Source: an uncultured Candidatus Saccharibacteria bacterium (GTDB lineage: Bacteria; Patescibacteriota; Minisyncoccia; Phycocordibacterales; UBA5272). Taken from it: a stretch of DNA of 64,000 bases. Below, piece after piece: positions 48,113 to 58,900 of the stretch (its first letter is position 1; each line of letters begins with the position of its first letter). Below the pieces are notes generated by a model. The model was not told the DNA's origin. It did no database searches and saw nothing but the letters and a program-made list of their open reading frames with translations. The DNA lies in assembly GCA_964457775.1 (NCBI GenBank), contig CAYWEW010000006.1, positions 10,805 to 74,804 of the forward strand, given 5' to 3'. The position numbers and the translations under genes were made by a program.

Positions 48113-51100
48113 TTATTCTTCGGCTTTAATACACCCTAAATCCTTAATTCTATCTCTTGTTAATTTGTCTGCTTCACCTGTAACTGTAAGACTGTTGTCC
48201 TCCTGGAACTTTTTAACTGCTTTTTTTGTTATATTTAAGAAGTTGCCAGTTACTTTAGTGTTGAAGTATCCTTGCTTTCGGAGATAATACTGTAATTGTG
48301 ACACTTCACCGTTAGTATTATTATCTCTTTTACCATATAACATTTTACTTTTCATGTTAGTACACATTGATTCAGTAAAAGCGCCGAGTACCATGCCATG
48401 ATTTATGTTTCCAGAATTAACAAGCGCGAGAGTATTGTCATTGTAAAGTGTTCCGACATTACCACCTCCACCTCTTCTTCGTGTTGGAGTAGTTGTTGAT
48501 TGTTGTGTTGTGGTAGTAGCAGTAGATTCAGTTATAGTGCTTGTGGACGTAGGACTACCATCTGCTCCACCACCAGTCACTGTCGTAGTTGCTACAACAG
48601 AAGGAAGTTCAAAATTTAGAGTTCTTCCTCCTCCTCCTCCACCTGCATTATATCTAAATATTCTAGACATTGTAGTAATCTGAGGTGTTGCAGAATAAGT
48701 AAAATCAGAAGCGTCCCCATTATTTGACAACCTAAAACAGTAAACCGACCCTGGCAATATATCTCCAGTTGAGCGTATTAAGTACTCAATTTCAGTGTAT
48801 TCACCTTCGTAAAGAACCGTAGGACGAGAAAGACTGTTAAAGGTTTGCATTCTTCCTGTTCTAAACACTTTTCCATTTGGAACACTTATTCCACTTGAAT
48901 GTGTTGTTGACGCGCTATCACTTACATATGAAGATGTGTCTATTTTGAAATGTTCATTAGTATAATCACTTGGTCTTGGCACAGCAGTCCATGAAGTACA
49001 AGAACCATATGAGTACTCCAGCTGATAACGTTTATTAATTAATGATGTTGTGTGGTTGGTAACAACGAAACGCAATCTAATTTTGTCTCCAGTAATAAAA
49101 TCACTAGCCATTGGCGTGTTTTCTGCAATATTATAGGTAGCAGATGATTCATCTCCATTGTCTTGTCTTAGACGATAGGAAGTTACAGTTACATTTGATG
49201 CACCCACATTAGGAGTAGAAGGAGATCCTTCAATTGATGAGACTGCGGTATAGACAGTACCGCTCTTGGTAAATACTTTGAAGTAATATGCGGTACTATT
49301 AGATAATCCAGTAGCTATACATGAGTCATAAGTAGATGTAGCTATTGTAGAATCGACACAGGCAACAGTTGCAGATCCTATAATGTCATTTGTTGAGTAT
49401 GTTGCCCCATTAGATGGACTATCAGTAATTGTCTGGGTTGAACGTAGGACTATTACTTGATTAAATGACGGGTTAGATGGAATAGTATAATCAATAGTTG
49501 CTTGAGAGTTGTTTGGGGTAACAGTCAAGTCTTCGAGATTGGTAGATCCCGATTCCTGGGAGCTTGCTGTAGGAACTGTTGGAATCATGATGGATTCAGC
49601 GAATGCTGCGTAGATGTAAGTTGCTCCTGTTGAATTATACCCACTACCATTGTCTCGCGCTTTAAATCCATTAGCAAGAATATCTATTCGTCCGGTTGTC
49701 GTATCATCCGCATTTGATGAGTTAGCGTACAACAAATAGTTTGCCGAGTTGTAACCTGCACGAGTTGTGTCGAATATATTCCAATGCTCTGTTCCACCAT
49801 CAATACGCTTTGTTAAAATATATCTCGGCTTGAATCCTGTATAAACAAAAGCTCCGTCTGAATTTCCATTACCGGTGTAACTTCCGAATTTAGAGTACCC
49901 AGGCACTTCTGACCAAACATAAGCAACATAGGTGTACCCACTAGCGCTAACACCAGTATTACCTCCAAGGTTCAAAACTGAATCAGTTGATGTTGCGTAA
50001 AATCTTGTAGAATCGTTCGTTAGTGAAGCTGCCTGACTAAGAGCTAACCAATATGTTCCTCCTCCAAAATTACTATTCCATGTGTACCAATTCTCTGCGC
50101 CACCGGACCTCGCTTTTACAATAGCAAAATTTGGTGCAGTGCCCAACCCATGACCGACGGTCTTGTTGTCACCATTACCAGAACTTGACCCTGAATATGA
50201 AACAATAGAGAATCCCGCAGTAGGATTAGCTGATACTGTTGAAGTAATGGTTCCTGATGTGTCTGTGGTCGTAGCCCCACTCGCCTTCCAATTCCACGAG
50301 ACAAAGGTGTCTCCATTGAAATTCACACGACCTGACCCAGCGTTATCAGTACCAACAGTAAATCCGTCGGAATTAAACGATGTTAATCCATACCCTGAAG
50401 CTTCTGCTGTTTCAGTATTTGTTGTATCAGATTCAAGATGTTTTCGTGCTCCACGTACAGAATCAATAATATTACTACTTGCTGATGTGTTTCTATCTTT
50501 TATCCAGACTAAATCTGGTTGAAAATCAAGACCTGTTATTGATTGTGTACTTCCCGTCCCCGTATATGTCGCCACATCAAAATACAGGTTAGGTTTTAAA
50601 ATTACCGGGGTTGATAGATTTGCAGTAGAGAGAGATTTGAATCCTTCGGGTGGAGTATAGGTAAATGATTTTTGACCGAAGTTGGCAGTAAAATAATTTC
50701 CTCCACCATACGAAGCCATTGCTGGAACAAAAACACCAGATAAAGAACTAAAGGCAACCCCCTGTGACACTCCATTTTTATAGAAAGTTAGCGTTCCAGC
50801 ATCCATATCTAAAGCTGTTCCAATAACATCACCATTAGTATAGGTGGAGCCATAAGCAGTACCAGAATTACTGGTATACTTTTGCCCATTTTGATCGTAT
50901 GAATAACTTAACGAATCACTTCCAGGGAAATATCCATTGGCATAGGTACTAAGACTTGCAGGAGAGATGCCAACATCAGTTCCAACTGATACAGCTCCAA
51001 TATTAGTTTCCCAGTACCATTTCCCAGAAGAAACACCAATGGTTCCTAATTTTGTTTGACTATTTGCAGTAAGCGCACTAAAACGTAAATTACCAAGAGA

Positions 51101-54100
51101 AAGTGTTCCTGCGCTCAAAGTTAAAGCGTTAAGTGTAGCAAAATTATTAAGAGGAGTATCCGTCACTTGATTGTTGGTAGATGTTATCCCACCGTTTGAA
51201 GCCCAGTTATTTGAATTACCTGAACTGTCTGCGCCGACTTGATTACTATTACTGAAATTCAGACGGAATCCATTATTTCCATATGAGCCAATGTACTTCT
51301 TTGGAATCCAATTGCCTGTCGAGGAAGAAGTCTCTCCGAATGATGCTGGTGTTAACTGTTGTCCATCAATAAAATTAACATCCGATAAATAGCCGTCATA
51401 ATAATGTGCACCTGTAGCTTTTGCAACTTGATGTGATATTGCAGAATTAAAACCTTGTGAATAATTTAAAGCGGGGTAATTTGCAGAAGAGAAGGAAGTT
51501 ATTTGCGTCCCATTAGAAAAGATTTTGACTCTATCCGATGATACGGCTTGAGTTGTGTCCACTGCAAGCACAATATGATACCAAGCAGATGGGTCACGAA
51601 AAACTTGTGTAGTGTTTAGATTACTACTAACTGCAGCATTGTTATAATATTGAATATGGTCATTTAAATCAAAAATAAGTTCATCCGTTGTACCTGGTGC
51701 AGCAAACAATGCTGGATAACCAGACGTCAATTTACTGCGCTTGACCCAACCTGACCATGTAAATTTTTTATTATCAGTTGGAGTAGAAAATGTTCTGTTA
51801 AGATACTGACTCTGCGCACTATCAAACATAAGTGAATTCGTAAGGCTGTCAGTCGTGAAGGTAGAGTCAGATGAGTAAGCAGTACCATAGGAGTTGGTAG
51901 CATAAGCACTATAGTAATAAGTGGTAGAAGTAGCGAGACCAGTAATAGATACAGTGAACACTCCAGTAGTTGTACCTGTACCTGCTGTACAGTTAGTGAT
52001 AGGTGCAGGAGTAGAACCATAACACACCCCACGTGATGTTATGTTAGAACTTCCTATAGTGTCTACTGTTCCACCTATTACTGCAGTTGTTTCTGTTGTC
52101 GATGTTGCTGTAGGAGATGAGAGTGTGGGGAGAGATGGTACTGTTGGGACCATGACAGATTCAGCAAAGGCGGCGTAGATAAATGTGCCACCATTGGTGT
52201 TTAGATATGATATTGATGACCTAATCTTAAAACCATTAGACAAGATATCTCTATCATACGCATGATCAGGACTCTCCCCTTGTGAGAGGTTTGGAAAAAG
52301 TGGATTATAATTCACATTGTATGAGTCTCTTTTTGTATCAATAATATGCCAATCATTTGTAGAATCTGTTCTTTTAATCATTATCCAACGTGGTTTAAAT
52401 CCTGTGTAGATGAATGGTCCATCCGCAGAGCCATTACCAGTATAACTACCAAATTTTGAGTAGCCTTGAACTTCAGCAAATGAGTAAGCAACTAGATCTG
52501 CACCACTAGCTAAAGGTGTAGAGGTTAGGCCAAATGTTGTCGTTGACCATGCCCCACTCCAATTTGATGAACCATTTGATTGTGCTGCTGTTGTTGATAA
52601 ATCAAGATAATAGTCAGCGCCTGTTAATTTTTGATGCCAAACATTCCAGCCTGTAGTACCAACATTGTCTCTAGACTTGAATATCACCATTGTTGGGGTT
52701 GCGTTCAATCCATGACCAACTGTTCCAGTAGAACCAGATCCTGTAAATGTAGCAACAGAGAAACCTGCGGTTTGATTTGCAGAAACAACACTTGTGACAG
52801 TCCCAGAAGTATTTGTTGTTGTGGAATTGCCTGCTTTCCATAGCCAATCAACATAGGTAGCCCCATTTGCGTTATTATCACTATCATTTGCATTAAGGGT
52901 GTACCCATCTGCTGTCGAAGAGAAAGAGTGAAGCGATGGTGCTCCACCATTATATGCTTCATATCCTGTAGTGTTAGAGCTTAGTGACTTACTCCCACCA
53001 AAACCTCGTACAGCATCCTGAAGATAGTGGTTTGTAGAACCACTACGTCCTTTACTCCATATTAAATCAGGCTGAAACACTAATCCTGATTTTGTATACC
53101 CTATTGCTGTGCCCGTACGAGTTACAACATCAAAATGTTGATTTGGTTTTAAAATGGTCGGAGCCGGGAGGTTTGCAGTAGAGAGAGACTTGAATCCTGT
53201 TGGTGGGGTGTAGGAGAAGGACTTTTGACCGAAGTTAAGTGTAGCTGATTCAGTTTCAGCATCAGGATTTACTCTAAAAATCGGGAAATAACCGGTAACA
53301 CTGGAAGATGCGAAAGTATGACCTCCACTATTTGTTACTGGATTACTTCCATTGTTCCATGTTCCATTTTTACCAAACCAAACTTTTCTAAGTGATGGAC
53401 TTACGGCAACCATTATAGTGTCACTTGTAGTATAACTAACACCATCTGATGTAGAGCTACCAGGAATTTTGATATAATCCCCTCCACCATGAGCAATTAC
53501 TGCAGCTGCATCACTACCAGAACCAGCAGATGTTTGAAATATATTTCTATTGGTTTCTATGTCCCAGTCAACAACACCAACTTGGCTTGATGAAATAGTT
53601 CTAGTAGTATTATTTAGTTTTGCTTCAAAATATGTGTCAAAATCTTTTATTGGCATGCTTGCCATAACACCATAAATATTATAGTAGCCACCACCAAGTG
53701 AGGAAGTTAAATTACCCTTAGTTAATGAGAGCGAGGAAGATCTCTGAAGTGGGTTTAATGTTGCAAAGTTATTAAATGGAGTATCAATAAATTGATTCGT
53801 TGTTGAACTCATACTACCGTTCGTTGTCCATGTATTTGCTGTAGTGTGTGTAGAGTCAATTGGTGCAGTATCAAGACCAAGAGCAGTACTACTACTGAAA
53901 TTAAGATGAAATCCATTTACTCCATAAGTGCCTTGATATGATTTTGGAATCCAGTTGCCAGTGTTACTGTCTGATTTTCCAAAGTAACTTGGAGTAAGAG
54001 CTTGGCCGTCGACGAAGTTAACATCGGCCATGTATACATCGGAGTAATCAGCGGAATCCATTTTAGAAATATAATGGGCGTTCGCAGCATTAATACCACC

Positions 54101-55654
54101 TGATGCATTCTGTGTTGGGTTGTTGGTGGTTTCGAAAGATGTTTCTTCTACACCATTTACATATATTCTGACTCTTGAATTTGCGGTAGAGGTTGCTGAA
54201 TCATAGACAACAATAATATGTTGCCAGGTTGAAGGATCTCTAAACACTTTGTTTGTTTTTCTCCATGTTGTATTGTATCCACTAACAGAAAGATTATCTC
54301 CTGAAACAAAACCAACTCTTGTAAAGGAATCGTTGTTATTTGCGCTATACCCAAGAAATATTGACTCACCTCCTGCTGGAGTAGTTCTGTTTTTCTTTAC
54401 CCATCCACTCCATGTCCATTTTTTATTATCCGTTGGTGTAGAAAATGTCCTATTCAAATACTGACTACTTGCACTATCAAACATAATGGAGTTCGTGAGA
54501 CCTTCTGTTGTAAAAACCCCATCCGCAGAAGTAGATGTACCGTATGAGTTCGTTGCATATGAACGATAAAAATATGTAGTGGATGTTGCAAGGTTAGACA
54601 AAGTCATACTAAAGTCTCCAGTTGCTGTACCACCTTCTGCAACACAGTTAGTTGGGTAACGAGTTGTTCCATAACAAATACCACGAGATGTAATTGATGC
54701 TCCTCCAATTGATATGAGAGAACCACTGAATGTAGCTGATGATTCTGCAACATAAGAAACCGACGTCGATGTCGCAAGTACTGCTAGGTTAGAGTCTGGT
54801 GTAAGGTAACGAATAATTACAATACCAGAACCACCGTCACCACGCGTTGGGAAATATCCTCCTCCTCCACCACCGGTACCACTTGTTCCATTCTGACCTT
54901 CAGCACCTCCCCCTCCTGTACCACCTGAAGAACCTCCTGTGTTTCTTCCACCACCACCACCTGCATACCATGTCGCCGTGCCACTTATTGAAGATGAAAG
55001 TCCATCTCCTCCGTAACCAGAAGAGTCTGTACTTCCTGCCTCACCTGCACCACCACCACCACCTGCTTGTGGACTTCCCGGTGAACCACCGTTATTTCCT
55101 TGCCCAGATGTCCCCGATCCAGCAGAACCACCATAACCTGCACCACCACCCGATCCACCGTTACGACCAACTTCTGCTCCGTCATTTCCACCTCCACCTC
55201 CACCACCAAGTGCAGTAATATTACCAAGAACGGAACTGCTTCCATTAGTACCATACCAGTTAGGTGAATTATCGCCCCCCATACCACCACCACCCACAAC
55301 CACCGTGTATGAGTTTCCTGAATAAAAAGTAGTTGTCCCATTTCCGGTCAACATTCCTCCACCTCCACCACCTCCACCACCACCAGTACCACCACCACCT
55401 CCACCAGCAACAACTAAATAATCGATAGAAGTAACATTAAGAGGAATTGTAAAGGTTGTAGTACCAGTTGATGTAAATGTTTGCACTGTATATCCACCTG
55501 CATATGAAGGAGAAGACCGAGGATTTATTCCACTAGAATCTGTATATGTTACTGTTTGTGCAAAAGTAACAAAGGGAGTAGAAAAAAATAAGAAAAGGAA
55601 AAAAAGGAAAAATTTCCTTACATAACGATTTCGAGAAAATAACCCTGTATCCAT
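48113..55654 (-). CDS. giant secreted surface protein (2513 aa) with poly-Gly tracts, two ~790-aa paralogous modules and a C-terminal PG_binding_1-like domain
   Basis: Signal peptide present. Modules repeat (FDSA.SQYLNRTFSTPTDNKK.TWSGWVK..., FGQKSF.YTPP.GFKSLSTANL, YSKFGSYTGNG..DG.F.YTGFKPR, IYAAFAES.M.PTVP). The C-terminus GEVSQLQYYLRKQGYF...LNITKKAVKKFQEDNSLTVTG matches the peptidoglycan-binding pattern. Confidence 0.8.
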   Translation of the reverse strand: MDTGLFSRNRYVRKFFLFFLFLFFSTPFVTFAQTVTYTDSSGINPRSSPSYAGGYTVQTFTSTGTTTFTIPLNVTSIDYLVVAGGGGGGTGGGGGGGGGGMLTGNGTTTFYSGNSYTVVVGGGGMGGDNSPNWYGTNGSSSVLGNITALGGGGGGGNDGAEVGRNGGSGGGAGYGGSAGSGTSGQGNNGGSPGSPQAGGGGGAGEAGSTDSSGYGGDGLSSSISGTATWYAGGGGGRNTGGSSGGTGGGGAEGQNGTSGTGGGGGGYFPTRGDGGSGIVIIRYLTPDSNLAVLATSTSVSYVAESSATFSGSLISIGGASITSRGICYGTTRYPTNCVAEGGTATGDFSMTLSNLATSTTYFYRSYATNSYGTSTSADGVFTTEGLTNSIMFDSASSQYLNRTFSTPTDNKKWTWSGWVKKNRTTPAGGESIFLGYSANNNDSFTRVGFVSGDNLSVSGYNTTWRKTNKVFRDPSTWQHIIVVYDSATSTANSRVRIYVNGVEETSFETTNNPTQNASGGINAANAHYISKMDSADYSDVYMADVNFVDGQALTPSYFGKSDSNTGNWIPKSYQGTYGVNGFHLNFSSSTALGLDTAPIDSTHTTANTWTTNGSMSSTTNQFIDTPFNNFATLNPLQRSSSLSLTKGNLTSSLGGGYYNIYGVMASMPIKDFDTYFEAKLNNTTRTISSSQVGVVDWDIETNRNIFQTSAGSGSDAAAVIAHGGGDYIKIPGSSTSDGVSYTTSDTIMVAVSPSLRKVWFGKNGTWNNGSNPVTNSGGHTFASSSVTGYFPIFRVNPDAETESATLNFGQKSFSYTPPTGFKSLSTANLPAPTILKPNQHFDVVTRTGTAIGYTKSGLVFQPDLIWSKGRSGSTNHYLQDAVRGFGGSKSLSSNTTGYEAYNGGAPSLHSFSSTADGYTLNANDSDNNANGATYVDWLWKAGNSTTTNTSGTVTSVVSANQTAGFSVATFTGSGSTGTVGHGLNATPTMVIFKSRDNVGTTGWNVWHQKLTGADYYLDLSTTAAQSNGSSNWSGAWSTTTFGLTSTPLASGADLVAYSFAEVQGYSKFGSYTGNGSADGPFIYTGFKPRWIMIKRTDSTNDWHIIDTKRDSYNVNYNPLFPNLSQGESPDHAYDRDILSNGFKIRSSISYLNTNGGTFIYAAFAESVMVPTVPSLPTLSSPTATSTTETTAVIGGTVDTIGSSNITSRGVCYGSTPAPITNCTAGTGTTTGVFTVSITGLATSTTYYYSAYATNSYGTAYSSDSTFTTDSLTNSLMFDSAQSQYLNRTFSTPTDNKKFTWSGWVKRSKLTSGYPALFAAPGTTDELIFDLNDHIQYYNNAAVSSNLNTTQVFRDPSAWYHIVLAVDTTQAVSSDRVKIFSNGTQITSFSSANYPALNYSQGFNSAISHQVAKATGAHYYDGYLSDVNFIDGQQLTPASFGETSSSTGNWIPKKYIGSYGNNGFRLNFSNSNQVGADSSGNSNNWASNGGITSTNNQVTDTPLNNFATLNALTLSAGTLSLGNLRFSALTANSQTKLGTIGVSSGKWYWETNIGAVSVGTDVGISPASLSTYANGYFPGSDSLSYSYDQNGQKYTSNSGTAYGSTYTNGDVIGTALDMDAGTLTFYKNGVSQGVAFSSLSGVFVPAMASYGGGNYFTANFGQKSFTYTPPEGFKSLSTANLSTPVILKPNLYFDVATYTGTGSTQSITGLDFQPDLVWIKDRNTSASSNIIDSVRGARKHLESDTTNTETAEASGYGLTSFNSDGFTVGTDNAGSGRVNFNGDTFVSWNWKASGATTTDTSGTITSTVSANPTAGFSIVSYSGSSSGNGDNKTVGHGLGTAPNFAIVKARSGGAENWYTWNSNFGGGTYWLALSQAASLTNDSTRFYATSTDSVLNLGGNTGVSASGYTYVAYVWSEVPGYSKFGSYTGNGNSDGAFVYTGFKPRYILTKRIDGGTEHWNIFDTTRAGYNSANYLLYANSSNADDTTTGRIDILANGFKARDNGSGYNSTGATYIYAAFAESIMIPTVPTASSQESGSTNLEDLTVTPNNSQATIDYTIPSNPSFNQVIVLRSTQTITDSPSNGATYSTNDIIGSATVACVDSTIATSTYDSCIATGLSNSTAYYFKVFTKSGTVYTAVSSIEGSPSTPNVGASNVTVTSYRLRQDNGDESSATYNIAENTPMASDFITGDKIRLRFVVTNHTTSLINKRYQLEYSYGSCTSWTAVPRPSDYTNEHFKIDTSSYVSDSASTTHSSGISVPNGKVFRTGRMQTFNSLSRPTVLYEGEYTEIEYLIRSTGDILPGSVYCFRLSNNGDASDFTYSATPQITTMSRIFRYNAGGGGGGRTLNFELPSVVATTTVTGGGADGSPTSTSTITESTATTTTQQSTTTPTRRRGGGGNVGTLYNDNTLALVNSGNINHGMVLGAFTESMCTNMKSKMLYGKRDNNTNGEVSQLQYYLRKQGYFNTKVTGNFLNITKKAVKKFQEDNSLTVTGEADKLTRDRIKDLGCIKAEE

Positions 55655-55951
55655 ATGATTAAGTATATACGTAACACCCAGAATATCTGGGAGAAAGCTG
55701 TGGATAAAAACCTTATAAAATAAGGATTATTTTGCACAAAATATTATTTACCGTTGTACATTAACTTTCTGTATTTTGTAATAATTAAAATACATATATA
55801 TAGTTACATTAATTGTGGTCTGTATATCAGTAATTTCATAGGAGCTAATTTCAGTGTATTAAGCAGTGTATAAATTTTGATCAACTGTTGAAGGAATATT
55901 TCTCTAATTAATGTGGTGTGCTGTTAATTTTTACGAGAAAATTTAAAAATC

Positions 55952-58900
55952 TTATGGTGTGGTACTTGTAGATTCTGTAGTAGGGGTAGTTGTTTCGGGA
56001 AGAACTTGCTCTGTCGTGGTCCATGTGTCCGCTCCATCTGTAACTACTTCTGAAGATGAGGAAGTGACGGTTTCTGTTGTTGTACTATTTGCATCTCCTG
56101 CTACCACTGGTTCTTGAATAAGAATATTCGTTGTTGTGCCTGTTCCTTGGTTTACGTTTACGTTGTTATTGAGAAGTGATTTTAATTGTTCTTCTGTAAC
56201 ACAAGTACTTCCTACACAGACTTTTTCTTCCGCATAAACATTTTTCGCAAAGATAGTATCAATATAAGCTACCACCGCAGTAACCTTAACTGCAATGAAG
56301 GAGTTGATGACTTCGATACCGTTAGCTAGAGCTGAGGTGATTGTTGAAGTAATTGATGTAGGAGTGGAGTCTGTTGAGGTAGCATAGGTGATTTCCTCCA
56401 GTCCTGCAAGATTAGATACAGTGACAGTACGATTGGTATTTTCGATAAGGACGAGGACTGTTGAGGTAGACGATGAATCCACTGCGTCAGAGAGTGCTCG
56501 GCCGAGCACTCTACCACTTGTTATTTGTTTGGTAGCATATCCTTCTGTTGTAGTAGAAAGAGTAAGATAGTCCCCTTTCTTGATTATGCCGTTTTCATTA
56601 GTAACTTTTACTGGAACACGACCAGTTAATGCTACGGGGATACTATATCCTTCAGTTGATGATGAGAAGGTTGCACCTAGTATGATACCAGCGTTAGTAG
56701 TAACAATACCTAATATATCATCACCTCCTTCTGCACTCTTGATGCCTGACATATCATAGGATGTACCCGTTGTTACACTTGATCCATGAGGATTCCATGC
56801 ATAAGTTGAGGAGGAGAATGATACGACAGTACCAGCATCGAGTGATTCTGATGACTTGAATACTTCTGCAATGTCAGCAGCACTATCAATATCAAAGCCT
56901 GTTGCTCTAATGCGTCCTGATACACGCATGATTTCGTCCCCTATTTGTGTGCCATCATTTCCTATTCCAACAAGACCAAGTGAGGTAATTGTCATTGCTC
57001 CTGAGGTTGCATTAGATGTATTAATCACACTATTAATTGACGAAATTTGAGATTGTAAATTTGTGGTACTAGCATTAATGACAGAAAGCATAGATGCAAA
57101 AGTAGATGAGGCTTCTGCGTAATTAGAGGTAACTATGTTGGCAAGTGCATATATTGATGATGATGCGACTTCATTATTATTATTAACTGTATTAGTTAAT
57201 ATAAACAACGAAGAAGAAGCTTGTAGAACGTTTAGATTCAATTCTTGAAGAGCTTTGATTGTAGGAACAACTAGAGATGCGTAATCAACACCATAAACAT
57301 CCCCGAGAGTCTCGTCATTATAAACAGTACCAACAGAGTCAGGGAACAATGACTGTACTTCCTGAGCAATGAACCCAGTATGAGTTGATGTTTGGTTGCG
57401 TCCTGACACACCATTCCAATTAAATGTTACAGGTCTTAAATTCATAACATTACTTAATATTGAACTACTAAGGTTAGTTATGTTCTGCTTAAGTCTTTCA
57501 TCTGATGTACAGTTAGTAGCCCCTGTTCCACTACCGATAGTACAAGTAGTACCAGAACCAACAATTGTTACATTACCAGTAGAAGCGATTGAGAACATTG
57601 ATACCCCAGTTGAGGAAGATATATTAAGCGGGGATAAACCTGATGTGGATTGTACATTTAACATGGATGTAGCTGAGGATGTACCTATTGATGTTTTTCC
57701 ATCGTTATTAATAGCAAATTTTGTTATGTCATTCTTTTGGAAATCTGCAAACTTACCACTGAAGCTTCCACCATTTGCTCCAATGTCCATATATAATGCA
57801 GTCCCAGTGTAACTAGAAATTTCTTGATAGATTTGTGCAAGATACGGCGCAGTTGTAACTGTGGAAGAGTACAGTCTCAAAATATCACCATCTGTTGTTC
57901 CAGTATTCTCCCCATAAAGTGCTGCTGGGGCAGATAACTCACCTCCAAGACCAGTTGTGAAGGCTTGGATACCAAATGTGTGACCTGATGTCCTTATACC
58001 AGTATTGATACCATAGCTATTTGTTCCAGCATCAGATACGACTTCGATACCACGAACAGTATTTGATAGAGCTGTGTTATCTATGGTTCTTATAATCTGA
58101 CCTACTGCTGTGTTAGCAACTGATGTAGGAATATTATTTACAACAAATCTATTACCCACCTGCACCCCTCCTGCACTTGGGTTGAAGGTGAAGTTACCAT
58201 GTATGCCTGCGATTGATGTTGTAGCTCCATCTATTGCATTATTTACTGATGTATCGAAGAACATCTTAGCGAGAGAGAACGGGGTTGTGGTTCCGAACAT
58301 GAGTGTTGTTGCAGTAGTTGTAGCAAGAGTTGAAGTACCTGTTACACCGAATGTGCCGGAAACACTCAGAAGGTAATTAGGGGTAGATGAACCAATTCCT
58401 ACATTACCATTAGAAGTAATTGTCATTCTATCTGTAATTGAACCGCCAACACTTCTTGTTTGAAATGTAAGCATGCCACCTATTCCAGTTGCAGAATCAG
58501 ATATTGTACCAGTAGATGAAGAGACGATTCCTGTAGCTTGAACGTATTGATTTGTTGCTCCAACATAGCCGTAACTATTTATATTAAGAAGAGCGTCACC
58601 TGAAGTAATAGCTGTTGGGGAAGTAACAGTACCTCGAGATTTACGAGAGTTTATAGCGTAAGGAACAGCATCATCAACCCCTTTTGAAAATCTAACTTCA
58701 CCAGCCTTCCATCTAGTGTTCTCGATACTTGATACTGTGAGACCAAGTTCATTTGCAGCAGCACGAAATAGACCAAGATTACTATCATTAAAATACAGAG
58801 CCGGGGAACCTGCAGAACCAGGTTGCATAACTCCAACTTGAAGTACAACTCGTAAATATTCAGTGGCACTTTGACTGAGAGAAATTGCACTGTTACTTGA

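Noticed and set aside
54985-55341. His-rich and Val-rich ORFs (54847..55218 plus, 54985..55341 minus) as metal-binding proteins
   Set aside because: They are alternative-frame translations of the poly-Gly (ggtggtgg) tract of the giant gene.
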